Shown here: positions 1 through 23,734 of the stretch, one piece after another | Layout: every line of letters starts with the position of its first letter | Position numbering within the stretch: position 1 is the first letter of the stretch | DNA from: Phoronis australis | Lineage: Eukaryota; Animalia; Phoronida | Direction of reading: 5' to 3' | DNA length: 64,000 nt | Assembly: GCA_002633005.1 (NCBI GenBank) | Contig: NMRA01000471.1 | Location: 120,386 to 184,385, forward strand | Position numbers and translations under genes: made by a program | The notes under the pieces: generated by a model | The model's input: only the letters and a program-made list of their open reading frames with translations | The model's database searches: none | Told to the model about the DNA's origin: nothing

Positions 1-723
1 CATGGTCATGCTGGAGGTATTTATATATGGTTTAAAACTGCACACTGCACTGGTGTGACCTACTTCTTAGACACTTCAAAGTTTAGCTTTCCTACCAATG
101 CATCTCATAATTTCTCCAAAGCATTTGACAGACCAAGAGCAGCAAACAAAAGATCAAAAGTTCCTTTAATAATACCAATGCCGATTTTAATATCAATTAG
201 ACATATTAAGTACTACTAACATGAGTTCTGATGTGACCTAGTTTTTAGTGACACCTGTTGTCAAGTTTAATAAGCTCATAAAGTTCTCTAACTTGCCACT
301 AGATGTCAGTCAAAATCAAAATTGTCTTTATTAAGCAAATTAAATTGCTTTTTTATAGGTTGACTTGCAAAATTTTAAAGTTAGAATGACTAAGTAGATT
401 AGTCATTCAATTAAGCAAGCTAGGTGACTCCATGAAATGTTTGTTATTTAAAGTTTTTTGCAGATTTTGTTAATTATAATTTAAACTTTTGTAGTGTCTT
501 ACGAAGTTATACATATAGTGTTGACTGCCTCTAAAGTTCTGTATTGGCCTTGATGTTGGTTAATCAGGCACTGCTTTAGGGTTGAGGGCTGAAATACCAA
601 GCCTGGACAAAAGTTCAAACCTGACGCAGCACTTTCTAAACTCGACGCGCATTTTCCAAACTCGACGCTGCAAAATCCAAACTCGTTACAGCGTCTAGTT
701 AAAACAGGCCGTGGAGAACACTG

Positions 724-911
724 ATTCACTACTTGCACGAGTTCGCCGTTATACTTGGAAACGAGGCGTCATGTCCCAACTACAATGGTTCTGCATGTTT
801 GGAACCCGCATGCTATCACGTTTGCACTGATAAAATGGATGCTAAAACGAGGCGTTGTGTCCTAAACAACAATCATTTTTGCAGCGCCATCACACTGTGC
901 AAGTAGTGAAT
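724..911. mobile_element. MITE-like element with 15-bp perfect TIR
   Basis: ATTCACTACTTGCAC (724-738) and its reverse complement GTGCAAGTAGTGAAT (897-911). Internal direct repeat AAACGAGGCGT. Confidence 0.65.
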
Positions 912-1454
912 TGCACTTATAATTTCGTAACATGCGCCACTTCAGAATGTTCGACTTCGAGTGTGACATGTTTCAAGAGAGATAGAGCGGCACTGGTCGG
1001 ATGATATAGACATCCGTGATTTTGAGAACCAGTTTCATCCACTATTCAGTGATTGCCTGGTTCTCAAAATCAGAACAGGCAATGCCGATAGAGCTGGCTG
1101 GTGAACCTGAAGGAATACAATAAAATAGTTTGCAGCAGTAACTTACCCATTAAACTTCCCCATTTTGCTAAATACAAAGCTTTCTTGGCTCCATCCTGTC
1201 CCTCAGGAGTGTCATAGTAAGAATACATGCCAAATTTGTCTGGCATTTTGGATGAAATTTTTATACACAACCTTAATAACGGAAGTCTTTCATCAAAAAT
1301 GCCCAGAATGCAACAGTAGATAGTGACAAAAAATATCAAACGACAGACAATTTGGAAAAATTGGGATTATTTTAGCAATTGGTAAATTTATCGATAACGA
1401 CAGAAATCTTTGTATTCAATTTGATTCTGTACAGTTTAAAGTTACTTACTTAAA

Positions 1455-1500
1455 CAAAAACCGGAAACGTTTTTAAGGACACGTCTACTTCCGCTTTGCA
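1455..1500 (+). promoter_or_regulatory. SARAF proximal promoter with ETS-like motifs
   Basis: ACCGGAAA (~1460) and ACTTCCG (~1487), 110-145 bp upstream of the ATG. Confidence 0.4.
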
Positions 1501-1603
1501 GCTGATTCACTTGTTTATATGGGATTTCACAGTTAAGTCTACGTCATTGAAACGCGCCTATAAAACTCTGTGTATTCAGTAGCTAATCAAGAATCAATTC
1601 AGA

Positions 1604-4600
1604 ATGAAGAATGTTACAGAGGCAGTCGTTTTCCTTTCGTTGCTTGGGTCTGTCAGTTCTTGGGGTAAGTTACGTAGTCTTAAGAGTGAGAATATGTGAA
1701 GCAGCTGGCCTTGGGAGTAGCCAGCCAGCTACCTGTCGTAAAAATAAAGCTAGGTACCACTGCGGGTATTTCTTCCGTAGACACCGAAATTGCACACAGC
1801 CAGGGTAGTTCTGCCTGTCACCTCGCTGTGAAACTTGTATCAACTGACACTCACCTTGCCCGTTACAGCCGTTTAATTGAAAAACAATGGAATAAACGTA
1901 ATTTTCTTGCGTAACTCTCCGCCTTTTCTAACAAGGCTAGCCTGGGAGCTGCAGAGCAGGGTGTCCCATAGACAGTCAGCAATAATATATCATCAGACAT
2001 CAGACTAAATCTTAAAATGATTATGTTTGTATTTAAAAATTTATGAGTGGTCTAATAAATTAGGGTAAATTATTAGTCCATCCCTAGTTCCATTTCACAC
2101 ATTAAACCTAAGATCAAGGCAGTAACCAGTAGCGCCTTTTAGTGGTGAGTGCCTGATTATTGAGACCCTGACCGGTGGTATTCCAGGATTGCCTGTTTCT
2201 CAAAATGAAGTTATATAGTGTAGTCACCACTAAGACATTCTTTATGACAAAGATGACTTTTTTGAGCTGAATGAATGTCACATCTGATTTTTATCAACCT
2301 TAACTTTTTCAGTAGCAAGGGGCTGTCAGTAAATGTTGTTTCCTCAATGTCATCTTGTTTTAACAATGATAAACTGGATGTATCTGTTTCATTTTGTGAT
2401 GAATAAGAAATAAATCACACCTGCAGGTTCATCTTCTATTTTTTGCTCGGGATTAATATTTTATGGAGATTTTATGAAAGAATGTAAGATATAGCGTGCT
2501 AATTTGTACAGCCAGTTTGGGACTCATGGAATCAGAAAATGTCACTAAAAAAGAAAAATTACCAATATTTTTACTGAGCAGGTTAAAATTCACTTCTAAA
2601 TTGTAGGATCCAGTGACAAAGTTTTGTTAAGAGATGTTGATGTCATCACATTGTACAGTGGAAAAATGACCAATGCTAGGCGGTCCTCAGCCATAAAACA
2701 GGTTGGCATATTATATTTGTTTGCTAATTTACTATTTCTAAGTGCATAACATTGTTGACATGTTACATTTCCTTTAAAACGCAATATTAGTAAGTGTATA
2801 GCGTGGTTGGGTTGTTTATCAAGTCCGGCCAGCGTTAAGCATGGAAGTGATGTTGCTTTTAGTTGCAATTGTAATATTCACGAGTTCATGTTGTGCTTTC
2901 AAATGGAGTTCCAGCTACAAACAAAGAAAATCTGGTAGAAATGTACCAATTTATTTCTTCAGTATCACGAGTCATGTGAAGTCAAAATTGAAGCACAATT
3001 TTTTGTGACCTAAGCCTACAAAGCCAAGTTAAACCAAGCTTCCATCACCTGGTGTTGCTAAGTATAAAGTGTACAGTGGACACATGCAATTGTGCTTATA
3101 TTGCTTACTTTTCATAATTTGATGATCTTTGTGATATTAGAATTTGTTGTTAATTCTTATTTTGTCACTGTCTCCTGTGTTTTCAGTTGCGCTGCACAGG
3201 GGGCAGCGCTGCCTCTTATTTCAAGCCTCAGGTGGTCCAATGTTACAACAGGGGTTCTGATGGGAATGATGTGCAGGTAGGTACGATAGGTCTCTTGTAC
3301 CTTGATGGACACCTACTGAGTCACCTGCTATGTTTCATCATCCTCAGCTGTCCTCATCTATCTTTAGTTTGGCCATCTGAATACTAGTTAACCCAGGGTG
3401 CTGAGAAAATAAATTTTAATCTGACTAGCAGATTTTGATATTAACATGAAACTTGAAGCAAACCACACAACTAAGCATTTAAATGGTTTAAAACAAACTT
3501 AAACAAATATTCAATGTATACAATAACATTGACAAACCACAAGCAATTTCTCTTTAGCTTCCACTAAATCCAAACCTTGTGTTTGCCTGCGTTGTTTAAA
3601 GATATGCCAGCCATCCAGGCTGCTTCTCTACCACACCATCACTCCTCTTTGCTTCACTAGTCATTGGGTCACATGCCTTGTCTTCACAACCCTTTTGTGT
3701 GACATCATTTAAAGAAAACCCCAAATATGATTCATGACCTGAAATTACGAGTCTTACTCTTGATTGAAGAAGAATGTTGGGATTTTGGCATTTTGTGAAT
3801 GATTGTGTTTCAACAGACTAAGGCTTTCCCCTGACTGTGATCCACAGCTGTACAAGAAATTGTTTTGAGTCCTAGCACTTGCCAAGTCACCCCAGAATGA
3901 TAATGTATTTTGTATTTCAACTTTATAGGAAATTATTCCTAACATTTGCCAAATCACACCAAAATCCCATTGTGTTCAATACTGTTTCATATTTCATTAA
4001 AATACTCAAAGGTCAAAGGTCATGTTTATCTGTTGTAGTGGGAGTGTAAGACAGACATGGACAATGCGTACAGGTTTGGTACAATTCAAGTGTCCTGTGA
4101 GGGCTACGACTACCCCGACGACCCTTATATATTGAAGGGGTCATGTGGGGTAAGTAGAGTTTGTATTACTGACTGACATAATCGCAAGGATTTATACGAT
4201 TATTTGCAATATCTCAGTTGTTAAGAGTTGGAAATTGTGCTTTTTTCAGTGAATAGATAATATCAATGAAACGAAAAATATGATATGCATTTCTCTTGGC
4301 CATAGATCATGTACAAAATTTCATGCTAACTGACCCTTGCACTGAAAAAAATCAATGTTCAAAGCTGCTAAATACGTCAAAAATCAAAGAGCCAGAAATG
4401 AAAATTAGTCATGAAATTGTAATCAACAGAAGTCATCTCAAATGGCTCGGATATTCAGTGCAGAAATAATACATAAAGAAATGTTGTGTATTTCAATGGA
4501 ACACTAATGATTACCTTAAAAATGACATTATGGGTGCAGTGTAGAAGCTCAATTTTCACTAACGCTTAAGAAAATATCTTCAATCTAGACCTTTTGTAGA

Positions 4601-7600
4601 TTTATGATTTTTCTGTGTCACCACAGCTCAAATATGAAATAATATAAACATATTTACAACCATTTTATGCTACTTTTAATGGGTTCTAAATGCTCATGGA
4701 TCTAAGAAAAACTTTTGATATTTTAAGCTTTAGTACTCTTGAAAAATGGCCAAATTTGGATCATTGAATTGGGAACATCATGTCTCAGAGATGGCTGATA
4801 GGACTCTGATGGAACTTTCAGATACTAATGTTTATGCACTTTTATCAATAGTGTTGTTATTATTGTTTTTAAAATGCTCCACTTTCACATGAGGGGCTAT
4901 CAAAAATAAGACTTTCCTAATTTTCATGAAATTCTTATTTTAGAAAACAGCCTTTTTAATATTTCCTCTTGAAATCTATATTTAATAAAAGTTGATCATG
5001 TATTGTTGCCATGGTTTTGCTATTCATGTACATTTCTTTTTTTGCTAAATTTTACTTGAAAGACTTGCGTCATGTGATCCAGGTAATGTCAGATTGTTAA
5101 AAAGTCAAAAATCAAATTCTACAGTTTTATCTTTTCAGAAAATACAGTTAAAATCTAAAGTTTTCTAGACATAATGATAAGGGTCTAAATAACCTTAAGT
5201 TGTCAATGATTTAATGTAGACAGCTTCACATAATTATTTTGTCAGTCAACACTACTAAGTTTATCATGATGCTACAGGACGGATTTAGTAAAATTGTGAA
5301 CGTTCATGAGTGATGAGATACACGTCTGATCACATGTACTGCTTGTATTTTACAACTACCGGTATATCAAGCATAGAATTGCATTATGTTGCTGCTGACA
5401 AGAAAAGTGTTGAATATATGTCCATGTTCCTTGTGTACCTCACATTGTGTCTATCCATGTTCCCTGTGTACCTCACATTCTGTCTATCCATGTTCTTTGT
5501 GTACCTCACAATGTGTCTATCCATGTTCCCTATGTACCTCACATTGTGTCTATCCATGTTCCCTGTGTACCTCACACTATGTCTATTTCAGCTTGAGTAC
5601 ACCCTTGACTTGACCAAAGAAGGCCATGACCAACACAACAGAGGAGGTGGACACAACTATTACCAACACAAGTCTTCACCATACTATGGGTGAGTTAATG
5701 CTGTATGCGCCAGTCTGCTCGCGACTACTTGTAGTGATGGCTTCGTGCACATGGAATGACACGGGTGACTTAACCATTAAATTTTACTTCAATCTGGGTT
5801 GAACTGAAAGTTCACCAGTTGCTTTGAGTAAACATTAAAATTTTATGCTTTGTGATAGGTTAATGTTTGTGCAGAGTGGAGTCATACTTGATGTTCACTG
5901 GCCATGGTTAGAATATATCAGTTGTCTCTGTATTGTCTTGCCAGGACAGCGTTTCAAGATGTATCTTGAAATTTCCATTCTCTCGGTTCTGCTTCCAACA
6001 CTTACTCTGACATTAACAATGGTCACTTTGGATGTTTTATGGATTTTGTCATAGACATGCATTTGTAGAATCTTGGCAATGCCAAAAAGCCAAGACTCTA
6101 CAATGTATTTGCATTTAGTTTTTGGTAGAATGCTGTAAAAGTTGAGTAACGAATTAATATGTTACTGTGTCCAGATCCTGTTTGTAATTAGCAGTGCATT
6201 CAGTTGTGAACTGAACACATGTTGAAGGTGGGTTTTGTTTCATTTTACATTTATGTTTCTTTCATTGTAGACACAGAAGTCATGGTTCCAACTTTGGTAA
6301 TTTGGTGTTCCTTGGAATCATCGTCCTCATTGTTTACGGCATCTACAAGACATGTGTGTCTCCCAGACCCGTACATGGTGATGGTGATACACCCAGGTAC
6401 CCCCGGGCACAGCCGTCTGCACCACCACCTCCAGGCTTTAGGCCCGAGTACACAACTGGGGCTCCCCCTAGTTATGGTAAGAATACACATTCACTGGTCA
6501 CAATCAGTACTGACGCTCATTTGTAAGGTAAAAGTAGTGCATTTTCTAATGACATCAGGACTTGATCTTAAGATGTTTCATAATCACACTAGAGGTCATA
6601 TCTGGGCTTGCCAGAACTGATCCGAGTTTAAAGAACAAGTTGAGACCCGTTTAATAGCCATAGGTGGTCTAAATCAAAGTTACTTTAAATTATTTGATGG
6701 CTGAAGGCAAGCTTACACCGTCTTTAAAAGTCTGCATCTGGCTGAAAGACAGCCTCCAGAGTACAAAGACAGAAAACTATTACATGACGTTAACTTTCAA
6801 TCCTGTGTTTGTTACAGATGACTGTACAAGTGGACATTACTCAACAGTGCCTCCAACAGGTGGCGCCGCTCCCAACACTGGCGGTGGTTTTTGGTCTGGC
6901 GCTGCCACCGGTGGTCTACTTGGGTACTTGTTTGGCAGCCGCACACGCACACACTACCATACACCCCACTATGGACCTCGTTGGGGGAATGGTTGGGGCA
7001 CTGGATGGGGCACTGGCTGGGGAAATGGTTGGGGCAGTGGCTGGGGTACTGGAGGTGGCTGGGGCAATAGTGGATCAAGAAGTTACAGCTCTCGGTCATC
7101 ATCGTCATCNGTTGGGGGAATGGTTGGGGCACTGGCTGGGGAAATGGATGGGGCACTGGCTGGGGAAATGGTTGGGGCAGTGGCTGGGGTACTGGAGGTG
7201 GCTGGGGCAATAGTGGATCAAGAAGTTACAGCTCTCGGTCATCATCATCATCGTCATCGTCAAGTGGGACAAGAACGGCATCAGGTAAGCAAATGATTTG
7301 CCTTGAGGATTTATTTTAATGTTTCCTCAACTGATACTCTGTTGATAGTTTGGTGCAAGCATTCCTAATTCTGGTCAATATATATCTGTTAAGTGGAAAC
7401 TGTCCAGATGAGACATCCTTCTGTGTGTAGTTGTTTACTTAGGGTTTTTTGGAATCTATTGGAGTTATGTCCTCATGAAACAGTTCATGAACTAGAGGTA
7501 CACCATTGTAGTTTCACTGCTTGCCTCAGACAAATGGTGTCTCTGATCGTCACCAAACATCTGTATTTGCATTTGACTAAAACTAATTGTTGGAAAGCAG

Positions 7601-8360
7601 TGTCACCCTTTTCTTGATCTGCTACTGTAAAATGCTGCCAGTTGTGGACAACGTCTTTGGGTCACTGCATACATAGAGCCTGTTTCATGTTTTAAGAATC
7701 TTGTCCTTATTTCTAAGATTTTTTTTCCAAGTTATGGTGTCATCAAGATGAGTATGGTGTATGAATATAACTTATTCACAAACATTTTTAAGTCTGATCT
7801 GCACGCCACCTGTTGGTCACATATAAATTGTTGCGTTATTTTAAATCACCTTCCATTAATAAAAAATAACTTTTGATTTACGTCACTTGAAATTATGAAT
7901 TTTTTCCTTGCTCATATTTGAGGGGATTTCTTGGTTTGGTAAGAAATCTTACCGGTTATTACTCGAGACCAGATTCTACATATTATCTTGATACAGCAGG
8001 TTATATTATGTGTTGAGCATGCTTTGTGAAATTCTTACTATGTGTCAGCTTTTCCCAGGCTCAGAAATCAATGCTTATCTGGGTAAGGTGTATGTTTTGT
8101 AAAGGTAGCTGATATAAATCTGGGCCTTGTTGCATTCTAGTTGTACGGTGGATTAATGACATTACACTATTACACTCCATGTTGCTGTTACTAAACAATC
8201 TACTCGACTACTTTGTGTAATATTCAAAGTTATCCAATGGATAAGCTCTATTATGCAACCTAGCCCAGGTTTGTTTCGTTCGGACCTTTGATTTATAGAG
8301 CTTTAACTCTTTAACTTATCATTTCTGTCTGCAGGATTTGGTGGAACATCAAGGCGCTGA
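1604..8360 (+). CDS. SARAF: Store-operated calcium entry-associated regulatory factor (TMEM66), 8 coding exons
   Basis: Hand-spliced GT-AG exons: 1604-1664 (signal peptide MKNVTEAVVFLSLLGSVSSW), 2607-2701 (DKVLLRDVDVITLYSGKMTNARRSSAIKQ), 3187-3276 (LRCTGGSA..PQVVQCYNRGSDGNDVQ), 4039-4149 (WECKTDMDNAYRFG..SCEGYDYPDDPYILKGSCG), 5592-5689, 6271-6476 (TM LVFLGIIVLIVYGIY, PPPPGFRPEY), 6818-7284 (GFWSGAATGGLLGYLFG..TRTAS), 8335-8360 (GFGGTSRR*). Motifs match the SARAF family as I recall it. Phases are consistent except exon 7, which is frame-broken at the N (7110) assembly duplication. Confidence 0.96.
5417..5588 (+). repeat. 33-bp minisatellite (~5 copies) abutting the SARAF exon-5 acceptor
   Basis: Repeated unit TGTCTATCCATGTTCCCTGTGTACCTCACATTG. 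It produces the spurious repetitive ORFs in the track. Confidence 0.9.
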
Positions 8361-9092
8361 TTGCGATCGTGCTGAGACATTACCAGCAAAGCATTACAGT
8401 GAGATAACTGAGTGGATGGGTCATCTGCTCCATACGACATGATCTGTTGCATAGTTTTGAATACATTCCTTAAGTAAATCTGCGATACATTTTCACTCAG
8501 TTCTATGGACAAGTTGAAAATTTGCTTCTGCATTATCAAACACGAGTAATGGTTGTAGGGTTTGTTAATGTGAGTGTAATTTGTTTGGTTATTGTGTATA
8601 GCTGATGCTGGTGCAGAGCTGCCACCTATTGTTTGGTTATTGTATAGCTGGAGTCGATGAGTGTCAGTGCTGCCACCTATTGTTTTCAAGCCTTTCCTGA
8701 GAAACAGCTAATTTGTGAAATGTTGAATTATAAATCTCTTCTGTTTTTTTCCTGTTTTAAAATGCATTTGGTTGATATTTTCAGACAGAGTTGTTGTAAA
8801 GTTGTTTTGTAAGAGTTTGTTATTTTGTTGCTGAACTCATGGAATAGGTTTTTAATTTGCAATGTTAACACTTCTGTGATAATAGTGATAAAGTGTAGAC
8901 ATGTGTGTACAGGTATTCAAACACAGCTGTGTTCGTCTGAGGCTTCATTTTTGGGTTATTTGACGCATGCAAACTAAATTGATGCACATTGATTTAATGG
9001 GCGTCACCTTGGACATATTTTTTAATGTAAAACTGAAAATTTTTGACTTAGGCATTTTGTTTGTGACACTCCCAGTCCTTATGTGTTAATTA

Positions 9093-9268
9093 TATGCTGA
9101 ATGGTAACACTTGATTCGCATGTAACAATCTGTATTGTCTCAGTTACACATGTCATCAGCCTCTATGTGTCATGTGCATGTATGCTGAATGGTAACACTT
9201 GATTCACATGTAACAATCTGTATTGTCTCAGTTACACATGTCATCAGCCTCTATGTGTCATGTGCATG
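9093..9268 (+). repeat. 88-bp tandem duplication in the SARAF 3'UTR region
   Basis: TATGCTGAATGGTAACACTTGATTC...GTGTCATGTGCATG occurs twice with one mismatch. Confidence 0.9.
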
Positions 9269-9863
9269 TATGTGAATACAGCTATGGTATGTTTGAATGA
9301 AGTATTCTTTCTCTTGTTATTGTGCAAAGGAGTTTCAGTTTCCATTAGATTGCACTATATCACAAACTGTTTAGAGTAGTCAAGTATTCTAAACATGCAT
9401 AAGTTGGATTGTCACTCAACTCTTAAGTTCAACGATTCAGTTGCTGACTAGAACATTGACTTTAAATCGGATTTTGAAGTACGGTGACGGAATCTTTGGT
9501 TGCAACAGACTTCTACATTTAGAAAAATCAGTCTTTTAAGAATCTTACCCATGGAAATTAGGACATGTTTATGTAATCAGAGATGTAGGCATTTTGTCCA
9601 TCTGGTGTTGAAGGTCAGTCTGACAGATATTCAGTTGGATGCAAGAAAAATTGTATTGTTACAGTAATAAAACATATGTTTAGTGTTATTGTGCTTCTTA
9701 TACAATACAAACTATTCATGTAATCTTTTGTATGTTTATACTCATCCAGTAGTTGGTTCACATTCCTATCCCGACGAGGTATTGTTCCAAAGATCTCCAT
9801 TTTTCCATTAAACCGCCTTTTCATCACGGAGGTTTGTCTTGCTCTTGGCAAGAAAGCAAGTTT

Positions 9864-9913
9864 AATAAAACTTGGGGGTACCTTCATTGTAAATATTGCA
9901 ATAAATAAATAAA
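9864..9913 (+). terminator. Probable SARAF polyadenylation signals
   Basis: AATAAA at 9864-9869 and overlapping AATAAATAAATAAA at 9900-9913, after a T-rich 3'UTR-like tract. Confidence 0.5.
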
Positions 9914-10935
9914 CACCAAATCATGAGATGTCCATCACATGTTACGCCCTCTCCTATTCAAAATTCAAAAACTTTCTATTGGTGTATTAAGATCATTCAG
10001 ATAAGCACCCTTGTTCACTTAAGCACACCTCTCCATTGTTTCACCCTGATCAGATATTCATCACTGTTGCCTTATTTCCAAACAAAAGAAGCTCCTCACA
10101 AAACTCCAGGCATTGGAGAATGCAGCTATTGAAATCCCAATGAGCAAAATATGTTCAACTTGGCATTTGGGAAACAACGCAGGACCTAATCAAGTATGGA
10201 CCTAACAGAGTTCATACAGGCCAGCTGATACAGGCGTAATTTTAAATTCTAATTGTGAAGAAGATGTACAGAAAAATGTATGTGCGTAAAGTTTGAGAAA
10301 AGATGCAGAGACCGATGCAGCAGGAATGAGATGTATTTACACACTTGAGAGTTAGCTTATGGGAATAACACAACTGTACAGCATCAGCATTACAACTTAA
10401 ACTCACATTACAGATTTTCAACCAGCCATCTCAGCCATTCCAGATTCACCATTGGCTCAAGTTAAAACCTCAACGTGGAAAACTCGACCTTGCAGTGGTA
10501 AATCAGGCAACAGAAGAGATGAAATCCAGTCTTCTTATTCGCTGCACATTGAAAACCCTTTTGCATTTCAGTCAGAAGCAAATGTGTTCATAGATGGCAC
10601 TGCAGTGGCATGTGGTGATAAAATAACAACTCTCATGTGAGAAGTAAAACGTAATAAATCTATTAAAATGAAAAATTATAATTCAATTTCCTTATTCTTC
10701 AAAGTCATGACAAGCCACAACTACTGAGCTAGAAACTTGTGAGTGAACATTGTCTTTCTACTGCAATCTGGCGATATGATTCATCAAGTGATGGAAACAG
10801 GGTAAGCAAAAGGCAAAGAATATTCAAGACAAAGCTAATAAAAATGAAAGCTATTATTCCATTAAGGTCAACTTCATCACATTATGTTTAATTCACCAAT
10901 AAGATAAAAATCAAAAAATCCTTCATTGACACGTC

Positions 10936-21969
<11,034 letters not shown>

Positions 21970-22504
21970 CTGTAATACAACTGAAGGAGTTGTAATTCAT
22001 CCCAAGATATGTGTGAAATTGTAATAACAAAATTATCTAGTTTGGAACAGACTCTAAAATTTGGGAAGCCGGAATTCAAGTCAAATTTGAATTTTCTTGA
22101 TTCTGAAGACTGGGGCACGAGTGCTTTAGGCGTTATGTAATAGAGAGCTTCGGCCTTCTAAGGTGTCCCTATATATGCCCAAAAGTTACTTATAGCAATG
22201 CGACTTTGATAGTTTAGTAAACGCGAGTCATAATTTGCTAGAAAGCTTCTGGCAAATAGTAGCCCTTAGGAAACTGGATCACCTTCTGTGCTCACTACCA
22301 CTTCTCAACGGGCAACTACCCATTAGCTGAAGGGTTAGCACGCTTGCCAGTTTTATTGAGGTAGTCGGTTTGCTTGTGGGGTGAGGTAATGTCAGCTATT
22401 ACTGAACTACTACTAGTATGTAATGCTGTACTCCTTTCTTTACTTATGGTGTATACTAGAGGTATGTTCTAACACTAATAGATCTTGTGTTTTTCATTGG
22501 AAGC

Positions 22505-22655
22505 AATTGGTTCTCAAATCAGGGACCCATGTTTCCAACTATTACAGTAGTCGGATAGAAGGGTCCCTCATTTATAATTGATTTTAGAACCAGTTACTCC
22601 CACTGAATAATGAGCATTATTCAGTGGGAGTAACTAGGTCTCAAATCAGGAACCC
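22505..22655. mobile_element. Palindromic MITE-like family member (other copies at ~985-1080, 23400-23500, 29850-29945)
   Basis: Shared motifs GGTTCTCAAA(A)TCAGGGACC / CTGAATAA..TTATTCAGTGG. This copy contains a perfect 21-bp-arm palindrome at 22592-22635. Confidence 0.65.
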
Positions 22656-23039
22656 CAAAATCTGACTATAATGACAGATCGAAATAAGCAAGTTCCCATG
22701 CAATGCACTCACAAACCAATGCTAATCACATATGCTGGCTCTTCTTGTAGTTTTTGCAAACAGCAAATTAACAAAATATCGAATGTGAGACTACAATAGT
22801 TTAAAAACAGAATTATAAAATAAGCATCCTCTCAGTATTGTTTGCAATCCCAAATTAATGAAATCTGTCATTAAAAGAGACCACTTGCAAACACGTGCAT
22901 CTTCACCTGTTTTCACTTCCACCAGAACAAGGTCTCGTGTGTTGCTCTCGTTTCTAAATCAACAAATCTCATTCAAATAAAAACTAGGTCATTAGGTTAA
23001 CTTTTGCCACCTTTTCACAAATCGCGACATCATCTAAAG

Positions 23040-23100
23040 GCAGAGTTACTCAGCAATAAAATGGCGTCGAGAGCAAGACATGTGAAGGGGGAAATGTTGA
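23040..23100 (-). promoter_or_regulatory. Probable TGS1 promoter / non-coding first exon
   Basis: The TGS1 ATG directly follows an acceptor (TTACAG|ATG), which implies an upstream 5'UTR exon. A YY1-like AAAATGGCG lies at 23058-23066 next to a minus-strand GA|GTAACT donor candidate. A TCTCGCGAGA palindrome is further upstream at 23579-23588. Confidence 0.45.
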
Positions 23101-23734
23101 CAATTCTGCACATACATGTGAAATTCGAATCATGTCAGAAGAATTTATTGCAGAGTAATTGAATACAGTACTTGGTCATCAAATTTCATGTCTTATCTGC
23201 TAATAAAAAAAGCTTTCTGTGATCGCCATTCTTTGACAAACTTTTGCACGCTTTTCCAGTGACATGACCCTGATTGAAATCAAAATGTTTAAAATAATGC
23301 ACCAGCTTCAGTCAAAATAAATGCAAAGGCATTGTTGCTTTTTATATTCTTCAAGTGTTATACATTAGTTACAACACTAGTGATTCTCACAGGGGCCTTT
23401 GTTGGATGTAGCGGTCTCTCATTTTTAGAACAAGGCAATTACAGAATAACGGGCGTCTTATTCAGTGGATGAAATTGGTTATCAAAATCAGGGACCGCTA
23501 GCCTTTTCAGACAAGGTCAGGAAAACTGTGACGACTGCCTCGCATTCAGTATTGCTAAGACATTGCTAAGAAGCAAGCTCTCGCGAGATTACGCAAGATA
23601 TTGCCGTGTATTTCAAATGAGAACACGTGACTTTGGCTATAGATTATAGCTAGGTTTCTAGCCTAGTGTCTAAGCTTTACTGAACACACACCTGAAGCCT
23701 AGAGCGGAGGACAAGGACGAATGATGTAAGGACC

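Noticed and set aside
7111-7296. His-rich peptide (GHHHHHRHRQ) and GALAGEM repeats in the ORF track
   Set aside because: Wrong-frame reading of the SARAF WG/Ser repeat after the N join.
23061-23162. ATGGCG-initiated + strand ORF as a gene divergent from TGS1
   Set aside because: 33 codons with no donor site or homology. Better explained as a YY1 motif.
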